From Dictyostelium discoideum (Eukaryota), in contig CM000153.2 in NCBI GenBank assembly GCA_000004695.1, positions 4,480,001 through 4,544,000 on the forward strand: a stretch of DNA of 64,000 bases, in the 5' to 3' direction. Position 1 is the first letter of the stretch. Every line of letters starts with the position of its first letter. Below the pieces are notes generated by a model. The model did not search any database, was not told the origin of the DNA, and worked only from the letters and a program-made list of their open reading frames with translations. Below, in pieces: positions 59,812 to 64,000 of the stretch. The translations under genes and the position numbers were made by a program.

Positions 59812-61359
59812 CTTAAACTCTGGCCATATATGAATTTTCTTTCTTTTATTTTAATCCTTTTAATTTTTTTTTTTTTTTAATTTTTAACCAGCAGTCTCTC
59901 CTTTTTTATTTTTTTTTAATTTTTTTTTTTAATAAATCAACATTTTGAAATTTAAATTTTATCTAAAAAGATAGTGGAAAAATAATTAAAAAAACAATTA
60001 AAAAATCCAATTTATTATTTCATAAAATAACAAAAAAATTGGTGGTTATCCTCCTTTACCTCTTTTATAATTTTTAAAAATTTCCTCTTTTATTATTAAA
60101 AAAATATTATTGGTATAAAAAACAAAAATTAGAACCCCCAGTTGCTTAATTTGTACACCTCATTTGATATCCCCATTAAAAATGATGGGATGTTGGTAGT
60201 TTAGACAAAAATCTTTTTAGAAAAATTATAGAAAAACGATTCTATTTATTAATACAAGATGTTTTAATTATAGATAAAAATTATAATTTTTTACAGGTAG
60301 AATTATTATAAAATTTAAAAATAGAATTTTAAATAAAAAAAAACTTTGATTTAAGAATTAATTATCAAATTTTTTATTTCAGTTTAATTAATATTAAATA
60401 ATACAGGTTTATTTAAATTATTTAAATTATTTAAACAATTTAAAAAAAAAAAAAAAAAAAAAATTAGTTTTTTTAACAATATTTTAACTTTTAAAATTAA
60501 TGTATTGGATTAAAGAAATTTTTAATTTTTAAAAAAAAACAATAAAACATAGTAATTTTAAAAATAATAATAATTTTAATAAAAATAATAAAAATAAAGA
60601 AATTTGGTTAAATTATTTTTGAACTAAAAATAACTCACAAAAAAAAATATAAAAAAAAAAAAAACAAGATAATACTAGAAAAAAGATATATCTATGATTT
60701 TTATTAAAAGTTGGGATTTACAATGTTTGATATTGTGGGGTAGTAAAATAATATGCAATTCTATGGGAAGTGGTGTAATTTAATGATTTTTCATTAAATA
60801 TTTCACAATTAAATTTTTTAATAGATTCTGTTTAAAAATTTGTTATTATTGTTGTTGTTTTTGTTGTGTTTAAAGATATTAAAGATTCTTTATTGTTATT
60901 TTAAAATAATTAGTTTCAATAAAGTAGCACATTTTCACATAATAATTATTCTGGTTTGTTATTTCAGGAAATACTCACTGAATAACATAATACGATATTG
61001 GTTTTACTTTTTTTTTAATTATTTTATTTTTTTTTGGTTTTTTAAATTTGTTTGGATTTTTAAAATAAAAATTTAAATCTATTGCTAATGTTTACAATAT
61101 TAATGTTTCCAATTTTTAATTTTTAATTTTTAATTTCCAATTATTTATATTGTTTTATTTTCTTTTTTTTTTTATTTATTTTTTCTTTTTGGTTTTTTTT
61201 TTAATTTAATAATTATTCTTTTTCTCTTGATTTGTTTTAATTCTTTGATAAAAAAGTTGGAATGACAAAAATAAATGTGCCCCCCAAAGAATTGAATTTA
61301 TTGTCGGATTTCTTACTTTAAAATTTGAATTTTTAATAACTATTTAATATATAAAATAA

Positions 61360-61740
<381 letters not shown>

Positions 61741-62260
61741 AATAATAATAATTTTAAAATTAATATGCACAAAAATAATTCACCATATATATTTATGTCT
61801 ATTAAATACTTAAAACTTATTTCCCGATTGATTTTCATTGTTTAAAAAAATAATAAAAATAAAATAAATTAAAATAATATATTTTTAAAATCCATTTATT
61901 TATATCTATTTATCTCTTTTGATTAAATTTGTTATTGTTTATATATAAATAATAAAAAATAAATGTTTATTTTTATTTTTATTTTTTTTTTTATTTATGT
62001 AGTTGTGTTCGTATATATCTAAAAGTTAAAAAGAAAATAAATTAAATAATTTTATTGTACCGGGAATATGTTGATTTTCTTGTATTTTTATATTGTATTT
62101 TTATATTGTATTTTTATATTGTATTTTTATATTGTATTTTTATATTCTAATATTTTTTATATTGTTTTTTGATTTTTAATTTGTTGTTTTTATTATATTT
62201 GTGCACATATATATATGTTGTATTATTTTTTTTTTTTTTTTTGTTTTTTTTTTTTTAAAA

Positions 62261-63476
62261 TTAATTAATTGGTTCAATTGAAAAATAACCAGAAGAATTA
62301 CCAATTACAATATGATTTACAGGTACAGGTTCACATTGGAAATCAGAAGCTAAAGGTTCAGAAGATATAACTAAAGATTCAGAATATGATTTTGAATGAG
62401 GAGAAGAATCAGTTGAACGACCTAATTGACAATGACCATCATCAAATTTAATAGTTGAACCACGACTCCAATAGAGTGAATGGGCAGCTTCAGGCATACC
62501 AGTGACATAACGAGTTGCAACCACAGTGAAACCATCAGTGACTGCCAAATTTAATTTACAACATGAATTTGTTTGACGTAATGAAGCACCTTCCATCAAT
62601 AAGTCAGTTGGACTGTTATTACCACTACTACCACTACCACCACAACTATTACTTGCACCAGCACCATTACTACCATTATTACCATTAACATTACCTTCAC
62701 TACCAGTATTATTTGATAATAAACCATTCTTTAATTCATATTGTAAGAGTAATTCGTGAATTTGGAATATAGTTTCTTGTAATACTTTTGGTATTATCTC
62801 AGTATTGTTTACATGTGATGGATAAGGTTTCTCTTCAGGCTCCAATGCACAATGGGTTGAATAATAAACTGTGCCATTTGTCTTTGCTTTCTCTGCTTTG
62901 TATCCAATCTCTTTTTCATAGTTTGATATAAACAATGCAAATAATAACTCACTATCTGTTGTACCTTTAATTAATTCAAAAGCTGAATCGGAAATCATTG
63001 AATAAATATCTCTCTTTAAATGATTATAAAATGGTATACAACCATTATGCATCCAACTAAAGTTTCTAAATGTAAATGGATGACAATTAGTATTTACAAT
63101 TGCACCTGCACTTGCTGCTCTAATATGTGCCGCTATACAACCACTCTTGGTTACACGAGCCAATTGTCTAAGATTAATATTTGACCATGCTGGTGTAATA
63201 TCTTTAAATACACCTGGAATTGGTGTAATATCTGGAACATACCATGCAATTCCAAATCCATCTGCATTTAAACTAACTGATTGACATGAACTATGTAATG
63301 ATTGTACTAAAAGACTATGTGATGGTTCCTAATAAATAAATAATATTAGTATTTTAATTATTATTATAATAAAAATAATAATTATTTTTATTTTTATTTT
63401 GAGATTAATTCATACTCACAGATATAATAGTGGATAAACGGATTGGTGCTCCAAGGTAAAATATGAAACGACACAT
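62261..63476 (-). CDS. Class II (Ntn) glutamine amidotransferase domain protein, YafJ-type. Two exons, 63420..63476 and 62261..63328, giving about 374 aa.
   Basis: Exon 1 reads MCRFIFYLGAPIRLSTIIS, with Cys2 as the Ntn nucleophile, and ends at a GTGAGT donor. The acceptor TTATTAG lies at 63329-30. Exon 2 reads EPSHSLLVQSLHSSCQSVSLNADGFGIAWYVPD...GCIAAHIRAASAGAIVNTNCHPFTFRNFSWMHNGCIPFYNHLKRDIY... This matches the YafJ/GATase-2 motifs as recalled (AHIR.A..G, NTHPF, HNG). A Gly/Ser/Asn-rich insert precedes the C-terminal domain. Confidence 0.65.
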
Positions 63477-64000
63477 GTTTCTGGTTTTTTTTTTTTACTT
63501 TTTTTTGGTTGTTTTGTTTGTTTGTTTGTTTGGTTGTTATTAATAAAGATGTGTTTCAAATTTATTATTATTATTATAAATTTTATTTTTAAATATAAAC
63601 TATTATGTGTTTATTTTATTATAAATTATTTTTGTTTTGTTTTGTTTGTTTTTATTTTTTTTTTTTTTTTTTGATTATATATAATTATGTTTAATTTTAT
63701 TTATAAAGAAAATAAAATAAAAAATAATTGATGTTTAAAGTGTGAGAGAAAAATTATAAAATAATTTATCGAGTTATGTGGTGTTTTGTTTTATTTGGAT
63801 TTGTTTGGTTTTTTATATTATTTTTGTGGGGTATATTTTATATAAATGTATATTTTATGTGTTTAAAATACAATAAATAGAGAAAAAAAAATATTAAATT
63901 GAATGTGGTTGTGAAAATATTTTAAGAGTGGGTTATATAATGTTGTAATTTTAATAAAATTATTATGTGAAAAATGAAGGAAAAAAAATAAATTAAAAAA

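Overview
This window is eukaryotic nuclear DNA with the hallmarks of a dictyostelid genome, most likely Dictyostelium discoideum. Non-coding DNA is over 85 percent A+T. Genes are compact, with short GTAAGT...AG introns. Coding regions carry (AAT)n and (CAA)n runs translated as poly-Asn and poly-Gln. There is no prokaryotic architecture here: no operons, CRISPR arrays or defence islands. I found no tRNA or rRNA genes.

The first 19 kb is a head-to-tail array of five paralogous multi-exon genes, all on the minus strand. Each encodes a secreted or type I membrane protein with a signal peptide, extracellular leucine-rich repeats, cysteine-rich EGF-like modules and a transmembrane segment. The copies differ in state:
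- Two copies are about 97 percent identical and arise from a 3.95 kb tandem duplication.
- One copy carries microsatellite-driven poly-N expansions.
- One copy is a pseudogene with frameshifts and a roughly 440 bp insertion that looks like a miniature transposon (MITE).
- One copy is truncated to the LRR part.

Between two copies sits a roughly 730 bp long-armed inverted repeat, possibly a foldback element.

The rest of the window holds ordinary single-copy genes: prefoldin subunit 3 (VBP1); a Pik1/PI4KIII-beta type PI 4-kinase; an FHA-domain protein; a DJ-1/PfpI protein; a divergent CK2-alpha-like kinase with a long low-complexity N-terminal extension; a Tim44-like mitochondrial protein; two paralogous Q/N-rich putative nuclear proteins flanking a 4-exon gene of unknown function; a PHO80-type cyclin; and a YafJ-type class II glutamine amidotransferase. 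There is also a candidate 2-exon micro-gene.

The gene-free intervals are unusually long (7.8, 3.8 and 2.7 kb) and contain C/A-rich islands and DUSE-like motifs. There is a 100-N assembly gap at 59635-59734. All exon boundaries were derived by hand from GT/AG signals and reading-frame continuity. Every product call rests on motif recognition from memory, not on database searches.
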